64,000 nt of DNA from NCBI GenBank assembly GCA_951406725.2, contig OX597823.1, positions 108,562,001 through 108,626,000 of the forward strand, written 5' to 3'. Positions 24,790 through 38,885 of this stretch are shown here, piece after piece; the stretch's first letter is position 1, and each line of letters starts with the position of its first letter. This stretch comes from Octopus vulgaris. Taxonomy: Eukaryota. Position numbers and translations under genes: made by a program. The notes beneath the pieces were generated by a model that did not search any database, was not told the DNA's origin, and worked only from the letters and a program-made list of their open reading frames with translations.

Positions 24790-26595
24790 TCAACATTGAT
24801 ATCCTCATCCTAATCATCATCATTGTCTTAATCATCATCCTTTTCATCAACATCATCATCGTCATCATCACTAATACCTTCATCATTATTGTCATCATAA
24901 CAACCAACATCTATCACTGTCCCTGCCTTATCATCATCATCGTCATCATCACTATCACTATCAACGTTGCCGCAACCACTACCTCCACAGCTGCTGCCAC
25001 CACTGCTACCACTTCCGCCACTTCTGCCACTGGCACGGCTCCTGCCACCGCTGCCACTGCCACCACCACCTCCACCATTATCTCTGCTGCCGCCACCTCC
25101 TCTACCACTGCCTCTGCTACTCCTGCCTCCGTTGCTGCCTCCATCACTACCTCCACCACTTCCACTGCCTCCACTGCCTCTCAGTCTATTCTGCCTCTTC
25201 CATGCCTACCACCTCCTCCACAGCATCTGCCTCTGCTGCCTCTGCTGGTCGTCGTCATCATCATCATCATCATCATCAGCGACAGTACTTGAGAGTTGTT
25301 CTTTAAAACCTAAAATATGAAATATATTGCATTGGATGGTTGCTGTGAGGCATGTGAGGCACAGATGTGCTTGATTAGCGATAAACAAAGGTGTTAAAAT
25401 CATCATCATCATCAATGTAGCCCCTATTACCATCACCACCATCAGCACCACCACCCTTACCGTTACTGCTGCATCCTCCTCCACTGCCACCACCACCATT
25501 ACACTACCACAGAACCATTATCATTGCCACCATCACTACCACCACCAACATCACCCACCATCACCACCACCACCACCACCACCACCACCACCACCACCAC
25601 CACCACCACTACCACCACTACCACCACCACTACCACCACTACCACCATAATCACAACTATCATCATTATCATCATCATCATCATCACCATTCCACCCCTA
25701 TATCCTCCACTATCAATAGCATAATCACCACCACCATCACCACTACAACATTCACCACCACCACCACCACCACCACCACCACCACCACCACCACCACTCC
25801 ACCACCGCCGCCACCACCACCACCACTCTGTCTACTGCTTTTTCTACCACTCCTATATCCTTTTCCAACACCAGCACAACCACCACTACCACAATTTTGA
25901 CCGTCATCACGACCACCACCGCCACCACCACCACCACCACAACCACCAATACTACTAATACCACCACTGCCACTATAACCACCATCACCACCAACAACAA
26001 AACCACCACTACTACTCATTTATTTGACTTTTGAAAATAAATTTTTGTTGGTTTTATTTCAAATATAAAAGTTAACAAAATATAGATTACCAAGAAATAA
26101 ATTAGTAAAAAACAAAAAAAAATTTTTTTAATTTAAAAAAAAAAGGCAAAAAGAGGAGAAGAATGGCAGCAGTGGATGGGGAAGGAGAGGGGAGTGTTGG
26201 GTGTGGCAGACCAGATAAATGTGAAAAGTTTAAAATATGATATTTTAAAAAATTTTCAGATAGAAATACAAAATTATTTTTGTCATGTAACGAATAAAAT
26301 TAATTACTGAGATATTTTAGTACCACAAACACCACTAGGAACCATATGTATGTATCTGTACACACACACACACACACACACACAACACACATGCACACAC
26401 ACACACACATATGCATACACACACATATCTAAATACACACACACACACACACACATCTATATAGCAATTTAGATATACAACCAAAAGAGCTACTAACAGT
26501 TTCATGCTACATATATTTTTATATTTATACACACGCATATATTTGTGTGTGTGTGTGTGTGTATCTTTTCTTTTTTCTTATATGTATATATTTTT

Positions 26596-26656
<61 letters not shown>

Positions 26657-26736
26657 TGTATATACATAATATATATATACACAAACACATATATATGCAT
26701 ACATATTCCCATACATACACACTTACAGACATACAA

Positions 26737-26774
<38 letters not shown>

Positions 26775-27090
26775 TGATATCCTCATTATCCTTACCATTA
26801 TGATTTCTACTAACATCATCACCAGCACCATCACTCTCACCATCAGCAGTAGCCCCACCACCACCACCACCACCACCATCCCCACCACAACCACCACCAA
26901 CAACAACAGCAACAACAACATCCTGTTGACCGCAATCATCATCACAGCCGCAGTTGCCTCATCACTATCACTACCACTATCAACATCACCGAGAAGAACA
27001 TCATTATCTGCCCCTTCCCCCTCTTTCTTCTCCTCCATATCATTGTCATCATCACTGTCATTCAACAACAACAACAACACATGACACATG
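24790..27090. repeat. Low-complexity block (CAT)n/(CAC)n/(GCC/CTG)n/(CA)n/(TA)n/(GA)n
   Basis: Directly visible simple repeats. Confidence 0.9.
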
Positions 27091-27183
27091 ACATCGCATC
27101 AGACCATTTGTTCCCGGACATTCTAATAGCATCAAACCAAATCGCATCATGTCCAACTGTGCCACACCCCACTGAATTACATT

Positions 27184-27585
27184 AGGCGCAGGAGTGGCTG
27201 TGTAGTAAGTAGCTTGCTTATCAACCACATGTTTCCTGGTTCAGTCCCACTGCATGGCACCTTGGGCAAGTGTCTTCTTCTATAGCCTCAGGCTGACCAA
27301 AGCCTTTGTGAGTGAATTTGGTAGATGGAAGCTGAAAAAATCCCATCGTATACATATATCTGTGTGTGTGTGTGTGTGTGTTTGTGTGTATTTGTGTGTC
27401 TGTTTGTCCCCTCACCATCGCTCGACAACTGATGTTGGTGTGTTTATATCCCCATAACTTAGCAGTTCAGCAAAAGAGACCAACGGAATAAGTACTAGGC
27501 TTACAAAGAATAAATCCTGGGGTCAATTTGTTCAACTAAAGGTGGTGCTCCAGCATGGCTGCAGTCACGTTACAGAATAAAAGAA
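27184..27585 (+). mobile_element. SINE family A
   Basis: Full head, internal (TG)n and family tail. Confidence 0.9.
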
Positions 27586-27675
27586 CATACTACTTTGCAT
27601 AACACTATACTATTACACAAACCACAACATTATGCCACACCACATCCCACAACACCACAGTCCACCATACTACAT

Positions 27676-28530
27676 GGAATGTGGTTTGGTGGTTACAGTA
27701 TTTGACTTACGATTGTAAGATCGTGATTTTGATTCCCAGCAGTGCATTGTTTTCTTGAGCAAGACTCTTTATTTCACATTGCTCCAGTCTACTCAGCTGG
27801 CAAGAATAAAGCTGGACCTATATTTCAAAGAGCCAACCTTGTCACATTTCGTGTTGTGCTCAGTTTCCCTGAGAACCAGGTTAAGGATATACATGTCTGT
27901 GGAGAGCTCGTTTTAATTCTTCAAGCAGGGTGTTTCATTGATCAGATCAACTGGAACCCACATTAGCATAACTGACAGAGTACCAGTTATGTGTGTATAT
28001 ATGCATGTTGTAGCTGTAATTCAAAAGGTCAGCTTTTCACATTAGGTAGGTGAGGCTCTGAAAGGGGTCTCAGGGAGTAGTGTCGCTGCTTTCCTGAGCT
28101 AGTTCTCCACCACATTTCTTAAAAGTCATGGAAGAAGCCTTGGTTTTGGGACCACTCATGTCTAGAAACTGAGGTTGCGGGTAAGCAAGGGCATGCTTCC
28201 TGTAGAAAATCCAGCTCCAAAAAAGCCTCCTGATAGCAAGGGAGAATGAACACCAGCCAACCCAAAAGTTGGGGTGGGCTGCACCTGCCTGCCTCAGTTG
28301 CTATGGCATTGAGGTAGATCCAGCCACCCCTGTTAATGGGGACAAAACCTGGATTTAAAACATTGGATGATGATGATGATGATGTGACACACTGAATCTT
28401 CCTGAGAACTACATTAAGGGTACACATGTCTGTGGAGTGCTCAGCCACTTACATGTTAATTTCATGAGCAGGCTGTTCCATTCTATGGATCAAATGGAAC
28501 CCTTGTCAGTATAACCAACAAAATGCCCAG
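27676..28530 (+). mobile_element. Older tRNA-derived SINE (family E) fragments with a nested (GAT)n-tailed element at ~28043-28383
   Basis: Head with cttgagcaagactctttatttcacattgctccagt. A second partial copy (28000-28042 plus 28384-28530) is split by an element ending ttaaaacattggatgatgatgatgat. Confidence 0.6.
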
Positions 28531-29747
28531 TTCCAACTTGACAGCACACCAAACTACATCCTACACCATATTGCACCACATTGCATATTCCATGCCACAC
28601 TGTGTATACAACCTTAACGCACCATACTACATCTCACAACATCATACTATTCTACACTGTGCTATGCTACGCCATAAACATCACACTGCACTATAATACA
28701 TTACACACACACACACCTCACAACACCCCACAACATCCTGACATCACACTTTGCCTCACCACATCACACAGACCACACTATTATACCCATGCTACATCAC
28801 AACACCTTCATCCCATCACAGCAAACAGCAACAACAACAACAATCATGCACAGACCAGCCCATTGCAACATGGAACTCCCTCAGATCCCTTTGTAGATTT
28901 GAGTGCGGCACCACAATTTTGTACGTTTCCTTTTATTTAGTGTTGCATTAAAACTTGCATGTTAATTAAATGTGCACTGACTGTTCTGTCCTGCACACTG
29001 CTGTTACTCAATGCACTCAATTGAAAAAAAAAAGGGGAAATTTTAAATAAAACATGGAGGGAAGGGGGAACAAATAAAGGGAAGGAAAACACTTTTTTTT
29101 CTTTCATATTATTATCATTGCTATTATTGTCATTCCAATTGTTATTGCTATAATTGTAGTTGTTAATTATTGTATATATTTTCTTTTTATTATATATTTT
29201 TTTTATATTTCTGTTTTGTATTTCATATATTTTCTTTTATCCAATTTTTATTTTAATTTTACGATTTATATTTTTTAAATATTTATTTTTTCTTTTATAT
29301 TTTATATATATCTTTATATAGTGAATATTTTATTTACTTTTATATATATATATATTTTAATATATTTTGTCTTATTTCATATTTTTATATTTTTTATATT
29401 TTCTCTTTTATCTTTTATATTTATTGATTTATATTTTTCCATAATATTTTCATTGATTTTAATTTTTGTTGCCTGTGTGCTTGATCTCTTATTTCTATGC
29501 AGGAGTGTGTGTGTGTGTGTGTGTGTGTGTGTCTGATAAATACGTTTTATATATATACATACACACACACACACACATTCACACACACACATTCACACAT
29601 ACACCCACACACATATATATAAATATAAATACACACATACATACATGCATATATATGTGTGTATATTTATATATATATATACACACATATTTATATATAT
29701 ATATCTACACACACATATATATAAAAATAAAATATATATAAAATAAA

Positions 29748-29778
<31 letters not shown>

Positions 29779-31209
29779 CATATATATATACATATATATA
29801 TATATATACGTATATATATATTCCTGTATGTACTTTTATTCTCTTGTTCGTTTTGATGTCTATGTATATTGTTCTTGACTTTATTCTTGTAAAATGTTTT
29901 TCTTTGTTCTTGCAGTTGTTGTAGTTGTATTTATAGTTTTTCTTTTGTATTAAAATGCTTTTCTTTTTCCTTCCTTTTTCTTGTTCTTTTTTTCAGTGTG
30001 ACTGTTGTTACATCTTTTGTTACCATTGTTATTACAGCTGTTAGTTTTGTCACTATTGTTGTTACTGGTACTTTTACTGTTGTTGTCACCATTAATGCTG
30101 TTGCTAAGGTTACAGCTTATTTTGAGGATTTTTCATTGCTCAATTAGTGGTGAGGGTGCAGTACCCATGGCACTCTAGTGTCTTTAAGATCATAGGGAGT
30201 CAGGAAGAAAGTTACCCGCACACTAAAGACTTAGCCCAATTGCTTACAATAGTTATAAAGTGTTTGAGCTGCGAGTATAGCTGGACATCTTTGACAAGAA
30301 GCCTTCTTGATTAGGGCCGACTTTGAGCCTGAAATGACAAACGAAACACTAAACCATATGGCACGCCTCAAGCTGGGGCATAATTTTGTATCTTCTTCAT
30401 ATCTAATGACCTTTCTTGACCTCAGAATCTTGAGCTACCCACCCAAATCTGCTGATTCTCAGCTGAGCTTTCTACTCAGATCAACGCAGCCATTAGTAAC
30501 AACTCTTAAATTTTATTTCCTTACATCCAAACTATCTAAATTATTTTTAAAAATACATATATAAAAAAACATTTATAAAAAAAGAGCAAAAATAAAACTA
30601 CTCAACAATTCTTCCTCATCTACACAAAAATTTGAGTAAGGGTATAAAACCCTCACGTCCTGTTCCCCTCCTATTTCTTCTTCTACCAGTAGCATAGCTA
30701 GGAAAGTTAGTCTGCTCCATGCAATGTTCTTTTTGGGACAGCACTTTTGGGTCTGTTACATATGACAGAATAAGCTTGGGTGGGGCCCAGAATGGAATGT
30801 GAATAAACACAAGGGCTACCCTGAGTAGCACCAACTCCAGCTATGCCACTGCTCAAACCTAACTCTGTTGTATAGGTTACACTTTATATAATAACTTCTC
30901 CTTAAATGCTCATGTATCTGTTCATACACAGAATCCACCTCTGGTTTTTGGTTTGAGACAGCATTCACCTGGGGTGGGTTAAGCTGGCTTCATTCATCCT
31001 CAATGCTGCATCTCTCACAAATGCCGACCAGTCCTGGCAATTTTAGGCTAATGACCGTGGGATCTCCAACCACTCATTCCAGCGGCAAATGCTGGGGATG
31101 TGGAGGCCTAGGTTGGGTTTCTGAGCAGCCTTGACTGTCATCAGCCAGGTTTTTCGTTGTCCACCACATCGCTTTCGCCAAGCCCTTTCTCAAACTCCTC
31201 TAGACACAT

Positions 31210-31299
31210 TCATGATGTCATAAAGGACTCCCTTCGGTCATGATGTCATAAAGGACTCCCTTCGGTCATGATGTCATAAAGGACTCCCTTCGGTCATGA
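31210..31299. repeat. 3 perfect copies of 28-bp tcatgatgtcataaaggactcccttcgg
   Basis: Units 31210-31237, 31238-31265 and 31266-31293, plus tcatga. Confidence 0.95.
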
Positions 31300-31600
31300 A
31301 AAACCATGGCTTTGCACCTTCTGAGGCACAAGTCCGGGCAAGGTTGTTTATGGAAGACCAGCAGTCACCCATGCATACCAGCCTCTCCTCTCCACACCAC
31401 TGATGTTATCTAAGGAAAAGGCAAAGGCTGATACAATTAGGCCCCAGTGACATCACAATTCAATTTCTACAGCTGAGTGAATTGGAGCAATATGAAAAAA
31501 AATGCCTTGCACAAGAACACAACGCACTGCCCAGTCTGGGAATTGAACTCACCACCTCGTGATTGTGAGCCCAACGTTCTAACCCCTGAGCCATGTGCAT
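31284..31600 (-). mobile_element. tRNA-derived SINE family D
   Basis: Shares gtccgggcaaggttgtttatggaagaccagcag... with 41150 and 47176. tRNA-like head at the right end. Confidence 0.85.
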
Positions 31601-31717
31601 TGAGCTAAAAATTGAATCTATAATTCAATAATGGAAGCATCCTGTTTTTCGGGCTTCCACAAAGTTCCTGTCTACCATATTTCATCTAGATTTCCACTTC
31701 TCTAAGGCAATTCATGT

Positions 31718-32028
31718 GGAGGCCCAGTGGTTAGGGCAGCAGACTCATGGTTGAAAGATCGTGGTTTAAATTCCCAAACCGGGCATTGTGTGTGTTTATT
31801 GAGCAAAAACACCTAAAGCTCCACGCAGCTCCGGTAGGGGCTGGTGGTGATCCCTGCTGAACTCTTTTGCCACAACTTTCTCTCACTCTTTCTTCCTGTT
31901 TCTTGAGTAATGCTGCGATGGACTGACATCCCGTCCAGTTGGTGGGGGTGGACACATATGCCATAGAAACCGGGAAACCAGGCCCATGAGCCTGGCTAGG
32001 TTTGAAAAGGGTGCATAAATAAAATAAG
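31718..32028 (+). mobile_element. SINE family C, tail type 2 (V-SINE-like gcgatggactg..cccgtccag domain)
   Basis: Family C head followed by a different 3' half ending aaataaaataa. The domain name is from recall. Confidence 0.8.
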
Positions 32029-32159
32029 GCAATTCTAGAAGACACTCACCCAAAGTGCTCTACAGAGAAATTGAACCCTAACCCATATAGTTAGGACATT
32101 CACTTCTTAACCCAAGGCCATGGTGGCATCAAGGCTTATTGTCCTGTTGCTGTTGCTGT

Positions 32160-32526
32160 TGAGCAAAGCGGTCTTCATCCCATGTCTGAAGTGGGAGAAG
32201 TTCAAAACGTGGTCCTTTGTTATTCGTAATACCCGCAGAAGAGAAAGCAGGTCAACCCCCAACACCAAGAGCATCGACGGATGGATGAATGCTCATCCAG
32301 GCTCAGCGGTTGCGTAGGAAGTCGAGGACAAGAAACAGGAAGAAAGAGTGAGAGAAAGTTGGGGCGAAAGAGTACAACAAGGGTCGCCACCATCCCCTGC
32401 CGGAGCCTCGGGGAGCTTTTCGGTGTTTTTGCTCAATAAACACACACAACACCCGGTCTGGGAATCCTAACCGCGATCCTCTGACCGTGAGTCCACTGCC
32501 CTAACCACTGGGCCATTGCACCTCCT
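32160..32526 (-). mobile_element. SINE family C, tail type 1
   Basis: Matches 10168 and 11581. Direct repeat cctgttgctgttg on both flanks. Confidence 0.88.
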
Positions 32527-33496
32527 CCTGTTGCTGTTGTTTCTGTTGCTGCTGATATTTTTGCTGCTGCTGCCGCTGCCATTATTCCTATTGTTGCTGT
32601 TTCTGTTTCTTTTGATGCTGCTGATGATGACGATGTTGCTGTTACTATTGCGGCTGTTACTGCTTCTGTTGTTGTTGCTGTTGTTGCTACTGCTGCAGTC
32701 GTTGCTGCTGCTACTGCTGCTACTACTGCTGCTGCTGCTGCTGCTGCTTCTGTTCCCTATCCTTGCTGTGTAATATCGAACATTTCCAGCATCAGTTTAT
32801 TTAATCCAAAATTAAATTAAAAGTCCTTATTTATTATTTTTTTGTTTTAAATCTTATTGTTTTGTTGTTTAATTATTATGTTTTATTTATATGGTTTTCC
32901 TCTGATGTTTGTGTTATCTTTTTGTTTATTACATCAACAACAACAACAATAAGCAACAATAACAATAGAGACAAGACAAGAAAAAAACCCCCAAAATTGC
33001 TGAAGTGGAGGGGCTGGGGGTTGTTGAAATTGATTGCTGTGTAGGAGGGGGTAGTCGTGGCTATGGAAGGGCAGGGGTAGAGGAAGTGATAGTGTTTGTG
33101 TAATGAGAGTGGTGTTGGTCATATAGGGAGGGCTTGGTGGTGGTTGTGCTTGCACGGTAGTGGTGGTTGTATGGTGAGAGTGGTGTTGGTCATATAAGGG
33201 AGGGCTGGAAGGGAAGGTTGTGTAGGAGGAGGAAGTGGTATCGGTGGTCTATAGAGAGCAGGTGAGTGTGAGGGTGGTGGTGGTGGTGGAGGTGGGGGTC
33301 AATAATTTCATGGTGAGATAAACATGACTGGCAATAATAGAGTTATGGTGAAAATTAAAATAGAAAATATATGTAGTGACATGTGCACACACACACGCAC
33401 ACACACACGCACACACACACACACATTGTGAATATATATATATTGTGTGTGTGTGTGTGTGTGTGTTGGGAACAGCTTTTTTTGGTGGTGGGGAAA

Positions 33497-34020
33497 TCAT
33501 CATCATCATCGTTTAACGTCTGCTTTCCATGCTAGCATGGCTTGAACGGTTTGACTGAGAGCTGGCGAACCAGATGTCTGCACCAGGCTTCAATCTTGAT
33601 CTGGCAGAGTTTCTACAGCTGGATGCCCTCCCTAATGTCAACCACTCCGAGAGTGTAGTGGGTGCTTTTCACGTGCCACCGGCATGGGGCCAGTCAGGCA
33701 GTACTGGCAACGACCTCACTTGAATCTTTTTACACATGCCACTGGCACAGGTGCCAGTAAGGCGACGTTGGTAACGATCACGCTAGAATGGTGCCCTTTT
33801 ATGTGCCACCGGCACGAGGGCCAGTCAGGCGGTACTGGCAACGACTTCGCTCGAATCTTTTTACACATGCCACTGGCACAGGTGCCAGTAAGGCGATGTT
33901 GGTAACGATCACGCTTGAATGGTGTCTTTTACGTGCCACCGGCACGAGGGCCAGTCGGGCGGTACTGGCAATGACTTTGCTTGAATCTTTTTACACATGC
34001 CACCGGCACAGGTGCCAGTA
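33497..34020 (-). mobile_element. RTE-associated 3' repeat (family F) with internal ~120-bp tandem units
   Basis: Tail catgctagcatggaaagc.gacgttaaacgatgatgatg, the ggatgccc.cctaatg motif, and about 3 internal units containing gtgccaccggcac. Confidence 0.8.
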
Positions 34021-34317
34021 TGACCGAAATCAATCACACAGACAGACGCAAAAACACATACGCAAACACATATACATGTACATATAGAAACATAAAGTAA
34101 ACTCTATTGAATAGATGGTCAGATGCCAGTTGTACTCTTCTCTAACTGAGAGGAAACCCTTTGGACATCAATATATATATATATAATATACATGAATATG
34201 TATATGTATATATAAAGAGCAAACCACTAGGTGGTTGGGTGTATGCTAGAAGTAGATCACCTACGATCAATCAAAAAAAAAGGTCACTGAGATCTCCATT
34301 ACTTCTACTATCACTTA

Positions 34318-34755
34318 AAAGGTACCATTCGAGCATGATCATTACCAGCGTCGCAATACTGGCACTCGAACCCTGTGCTACTAGGGTATTAAGAGCACCA
34401 TCCAAGCATGATCATTGCCAGAGCAGGTATCTGGTCTTCATGCCGGTGGCATGTAAAGAACACCATTCGAGCATGATCATTACCAGCATCGCCTTACTGG
34501 CACCTGTGCCGGTGGCATGTGTAAAAGATTCGAGCGAGGTCGTTGCCAGTGCCACCTGACTGGCTCTGTGCCAGTGGCATGTAAAAGCACCCACTGCACT
34601 CTGGGAGTGGTTGGCATTAGGAAGGGCGTCCAGCTGTAGAAACTCTGCCAGATCAAGATTGAAGTCTGGTGCAGCCATCTGGTTCGCCAGCCCTCAGTCA
34701 TACGTCCAACCCATGCTAGCATGGAAAGCGGACGTTAATCGATGATGATGATAAT
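34318..34755 (+). mobile_element. RTE-associated 3' repeat (family F)
   Basis: Inverted relative to the 33497 copy; same tail. Confidence 0.8.
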
Positions 34756-35119
34756 GATCATGATCATGAGATGTTTTGGCCCTGGAATGGACATAGATCT
34801 AACACAATGTCTCATCACTATTTGACCCAGCTAAGTGATAGATGGGGATAAGCTACGGTTTACTCTGTTTAAAGCATTTTAACCAGGCTACCACTTAGAA
34901 TATGGTACAGTCTTGCAATGTCCTGCCTCTGCCCTTACTGATTTGTGTACTGATTTGTGTACGGTTTCTCAGCAGAAGTCAACCACAGAATTAATGAATG
35001 ATCTTTTATGGAGTTACTCAATCTACTAAAATAACAGTCACATCTGTTGCAAAATCTCATTCAACCATCTTTTTAAAAAAAGCAACAAAGCAAAAGGGAA
35101 AATGAAGATACATTCCATA

Positions 35120-35287
35120 TAGGTGTAGGAGTGACTGTGTGGTAAGTAGCTTGCTTACAAACCACATGGTTCCGGGTTCAGTCCCACTCTGTGGCAACTT
35201 GGGCAAGTGTCTTCTACTATAGCCTTGGGCCAACCAAAGCCTTGAGAGTGGATTTGGTAGATGGAAACTGAAAAGAAGCCCGTTGTA

Positions 35288-35356
<69 letters not shown>

Positions 35357-35755
35357 ATACGGGTTAAGTCGATTATATATATCGACCCCGAAAGGATGAA
35401 AGGCAAATCGACCTTATTTGAACTCAGAACGTAACGGCAGACGAAATACGACTACGCATTTCGCCCGGCGTGCTAACGTTTCTGCCAGCTCGCCGCCTTC
35501 TTATATATATATATGTATGTATGTATGAGTGTATATATGTTTGTGTCTGTGTTTGTTCCCCGAACATTGCTTGACAACCGATGCTGGTGTGTTTACGTCC
35601 CCGTAACTTAGCTGTTCGGCAAAAGAGCCCAATAGAATAAGTACTAGGCTTACAAAGAATAAGTCCTGGGATCGACTTGCTAGATTGACTAAAGGCAGTG
35701 CTCCAACATGGCCACAGTCAAATGATTGAAACATGTAAAAGAGAGTAAAAGAGTA
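35120..35755 (+). mobile_element. SINE family A with a nested family B fragment (35360-35499, -) in its (TA)n
   Basis: Head 35120-35285, tail 35540-35755, insert in between. Confidence 0.88.
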
Positions 35756-37646
35756 ATGAAATTCTTGATAAAGTGTCAGCAAAATGGCATAATCATGATT
35801 GGAACTGCTTTAACCATAAGTTCTTTTGATCTAGGCTGAACTTGTAACACCCTTAAACAGGTGCATGATGCCATACTTTCTATTTTTCTAATGACCCTTC
35901 TCAACCTCAGAATTTTGCGCTATTCATCTGAGGCTGCTAACTCTTAACTGAGCTACTTACACAGGACCAGACAACCCTTACCAACAACTTTTGGTTTTTC
36001 TTTCCTCAGCTTCAAACTACCTAAAATCCAAGCAAACATTTATATACAAGAGCAGGATCAATTTACTGGACACTTCTTCCTCATCTACACAAATATTTGA
36101 TATGAAAACCCAACATCCAATCTAACTTGGATGCCTTGTTTAGTACACTCTATTGCAATGAATGTCCTAAAAATCATTTTGTGTTGAAGACAAATGTTAA
36201 GAAGCATCCAAATTCTATCGATTGAAAAAGTTCTGTCAGTACTGCTTCATGGTGCTACTATATCAGTGATTTCACAGTATTGCAAATCAGCAGCAGCCGT
36301 TCAAGAATTTGGACCTGGAGATCTCCATTTCCAGCGACTTCGAGGGCCACCTCCCAGTGGTGTCAGGCATCAACAAAGAGCCCTCGACTACAACAAGACG
36401 ACCAAAGTTCTTTTTTTCCAAGGACTGGGGTCTCGAGCCCCTAAGCCCTAGACCATCACCTAATCACCCTTACCCATCTTGTTGCTTAACAACAACAACA
36501 ACAACAGCATGCCAAGCACCAAATACCAAATACAAAATCAGTCAAACCAACATAGAGCAAAACTGGCCGAAAAACCAGTGATGCTCTGAAAAGCTGGTGG
36601 GTTGCATTTGAATTAGCTCTCAGCAACAGAAACAGCTTTTGCAATGAATAACAATTAACACATCCAACCTAACACGAATGTGTTGTTTATAACTCCATAG
36701 GCTGTGGTAAACATACCAAAAAATAATTCTTTGTACACAACAAATGCTAAAAAGCATCAAAATTTTATCAGTTGACAAAACTTCAGCAAAACCCAGTAGA
36801 TGACATTACCATATCACGTGATTTCACCGTATTGCAGATCATCAGTGGCAGCTTGCCATGTTCTGAGTGTCAGACTGAAAATCAGTGAAGCTCATAATAT
36901 ACTATTGGCCAAACAGTCAATGATGTCGTGGAAAGCTGGCAGGCTGTGAGTAAATTAGCTATTAGTAAAGCAGCTTTATAATGAAAATCAATTTGCACAT
37001 CCAGCCTAACATGATTGTGTTGTTTACAACTCCATAGACTGCAGTGGCCATGCTGAAAAACCATTTCATTGTAATTTCGTCAACTGATAGAATTCAATGT
37101 ATCTTAGTATTTACTCTCCACACAAAATTATTTTTCTGGATATTCACCCCATACTATGAGATAAACAGCACATCCAAGGTAGACTGAGTTTGCTGATTAA
37201 TATTCATTACAAAGGCTGCTTCTTTGGCAAATAGATAACATCATACTTTGATACGATGTGAGCGGCGATCCCTGTTGACAGGCACCACCCGATAGTAAAT
37301 AAATTGTTAAACATTTACAGTATGCAAATTAGTTGCCCCAATTCGCTGTAGTTACTGGATTTGTTGAGTATATAAACAGATTAGTTTCTCTGGGTTTGGT
37401 CAAATTGTTGACAACATCACTGATGAGAACACAATAAGGTTTAAAAAATCAATTAAGGCTGTTCGTCACTTTTTCAGTCTTCAGAGAAGTAGTTAAAGTT
37501 GCCATTTGCAAATCTACACTATAGCTTACACACACACACATGCACACACACACACATACACGCACACACACACACACACTGTGCCCCAGCATGGCTGCAG
37601 TCCTGCGACTGAAATAAGTGAAAGACAAAACATATATATATATATA

Positions 37647-37718
<72 letters not shown>

Positions 37719-37720
<2 letters not shown>

Positions 37721-38445
37721 ATATTTATATGCATATATCGGTACAGGATATCACAAAATGTAAATAACATGAAATACGATAACAAAATTGGGCATGAAAA
37801 CTTGGGTTATGGAATCTAGCTGTTCTTTCTAGCGTGTTGAATCCCACAAGTAGATTCCTCATGTGTTTAAATGTACACTGTATTTTATGAATAATACATA
37901 GTCTCTGGACTAAATTTTTACACGTTAGGCCACTGGAAATGGAAATTTTAATTAATTTCCATTTCCCCTTGATTTCCCTTAAGTATTGTAATTTTTTGGA
38001 TAATTTTCGGTTTTTAAAAGTTGGCATTTTTTTATTGCCGGCGAAGGGCTGTGGCTGTGCAGTAGATTTTGGAAAAATTAAGATGTATAAACAAGAGGCA
38101 CAAAGTTTGATCGTCTTGTGTTTATATATTTAACGCAAGGTGTTCCTGCTGAGGATGATTTCACCTAGCGAGTATATGTTATTTTACTTGCTAAACTAAA
38201 ATCAGAAACCAATTGGCCCAGGAAACTTGATGGTAAAATGTTTTTATTTTTTCATTTCGTTCCTGTAGAATTTTATCCCTAATTTTTGTGGTTATGGAAC
38301 ATAGCTGTTCTTTCTAGCATGTTGAATCCCACAAGTGGATTCCTCATGTGTTTAACTGTACACTGTATTTTATGACTAATACATAGTCTTTTTGGACTAA
38401 ATTGAAATTTTAATTAATTTTCATTTCCCTTTAATATGATTAAGT
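37719..38445 (+). mobile_element. PLE-like insert in (TA)n with a partial tandem direct repeat and a hammerhead
   Basis: 37805-37985 is repeated at 38291-38445. HHR at 38143-38224. TA tracts on both sides. Confidence 0.72.
38143..38224 (+). ncRNA. Type I hammerhead ribozyme with extended stem II (U16.1>C in this copy)
   Basis: ttcctg-CTGAGGA-tgattt...tagcgagta/tacttgcta...aaatca-GAAA-CC(aatt)GG-CC-caggaa; 6-bp stem I. Confidence 0.78.
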
Positions 38446-38885
38446 ATATATATATATATATATGATTCAAATGTACAGAAAACAAAAGACAGACACAAGT
38501 AAGGGAGCAACAAACGGTTTTTTTGATGTTTTGAACCTATGCTCTTTGTCAGAAAAGGATGAGAGAAAAGAATGGAGAATAATAAAAAAATAAAGAGAAC
38601 AAATTGCTGGGATTTATGGCTTCACATGCTGAAATGACCGGAAGGAAAAGGTTGATGGAAGGGAAGATAATAGTGACCTAGCTGAACTGGAGTACACAAG
38701 CACATGTGTGTATGTGAAGAAAGTGTGTGAGTGTATATGTGCATGTGGAGTGAGTGTACATATGTGTAGGTGGACATAAGATTATGGGAGTTTGTGTGTA
38801 TGGGAGTGTGTTTGTATGTGTATAAGTAAATAACTACGTGTGGTATCCATAAATATATTTTTGTATTTTGCCTATATATATATCT

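Noticed and set aside
31084-31120. GKCWGCGGLG, resembling half a CCHC zinc knuckle
   Set aside because: The His and last Cys are absent and there is no supporting ORF; too weak to call.
30380-36100. Similar segments at about 30390-30640 and 35875-36100
   Set aside because: Probably two old copies of a dispersed repeat. I could not assign a family or any special arrangement.
37420-37450. CTGATGA followed by a weak stem
   Set aside because: No GAAA or stem I partner follows, so it is not a hammerhead.
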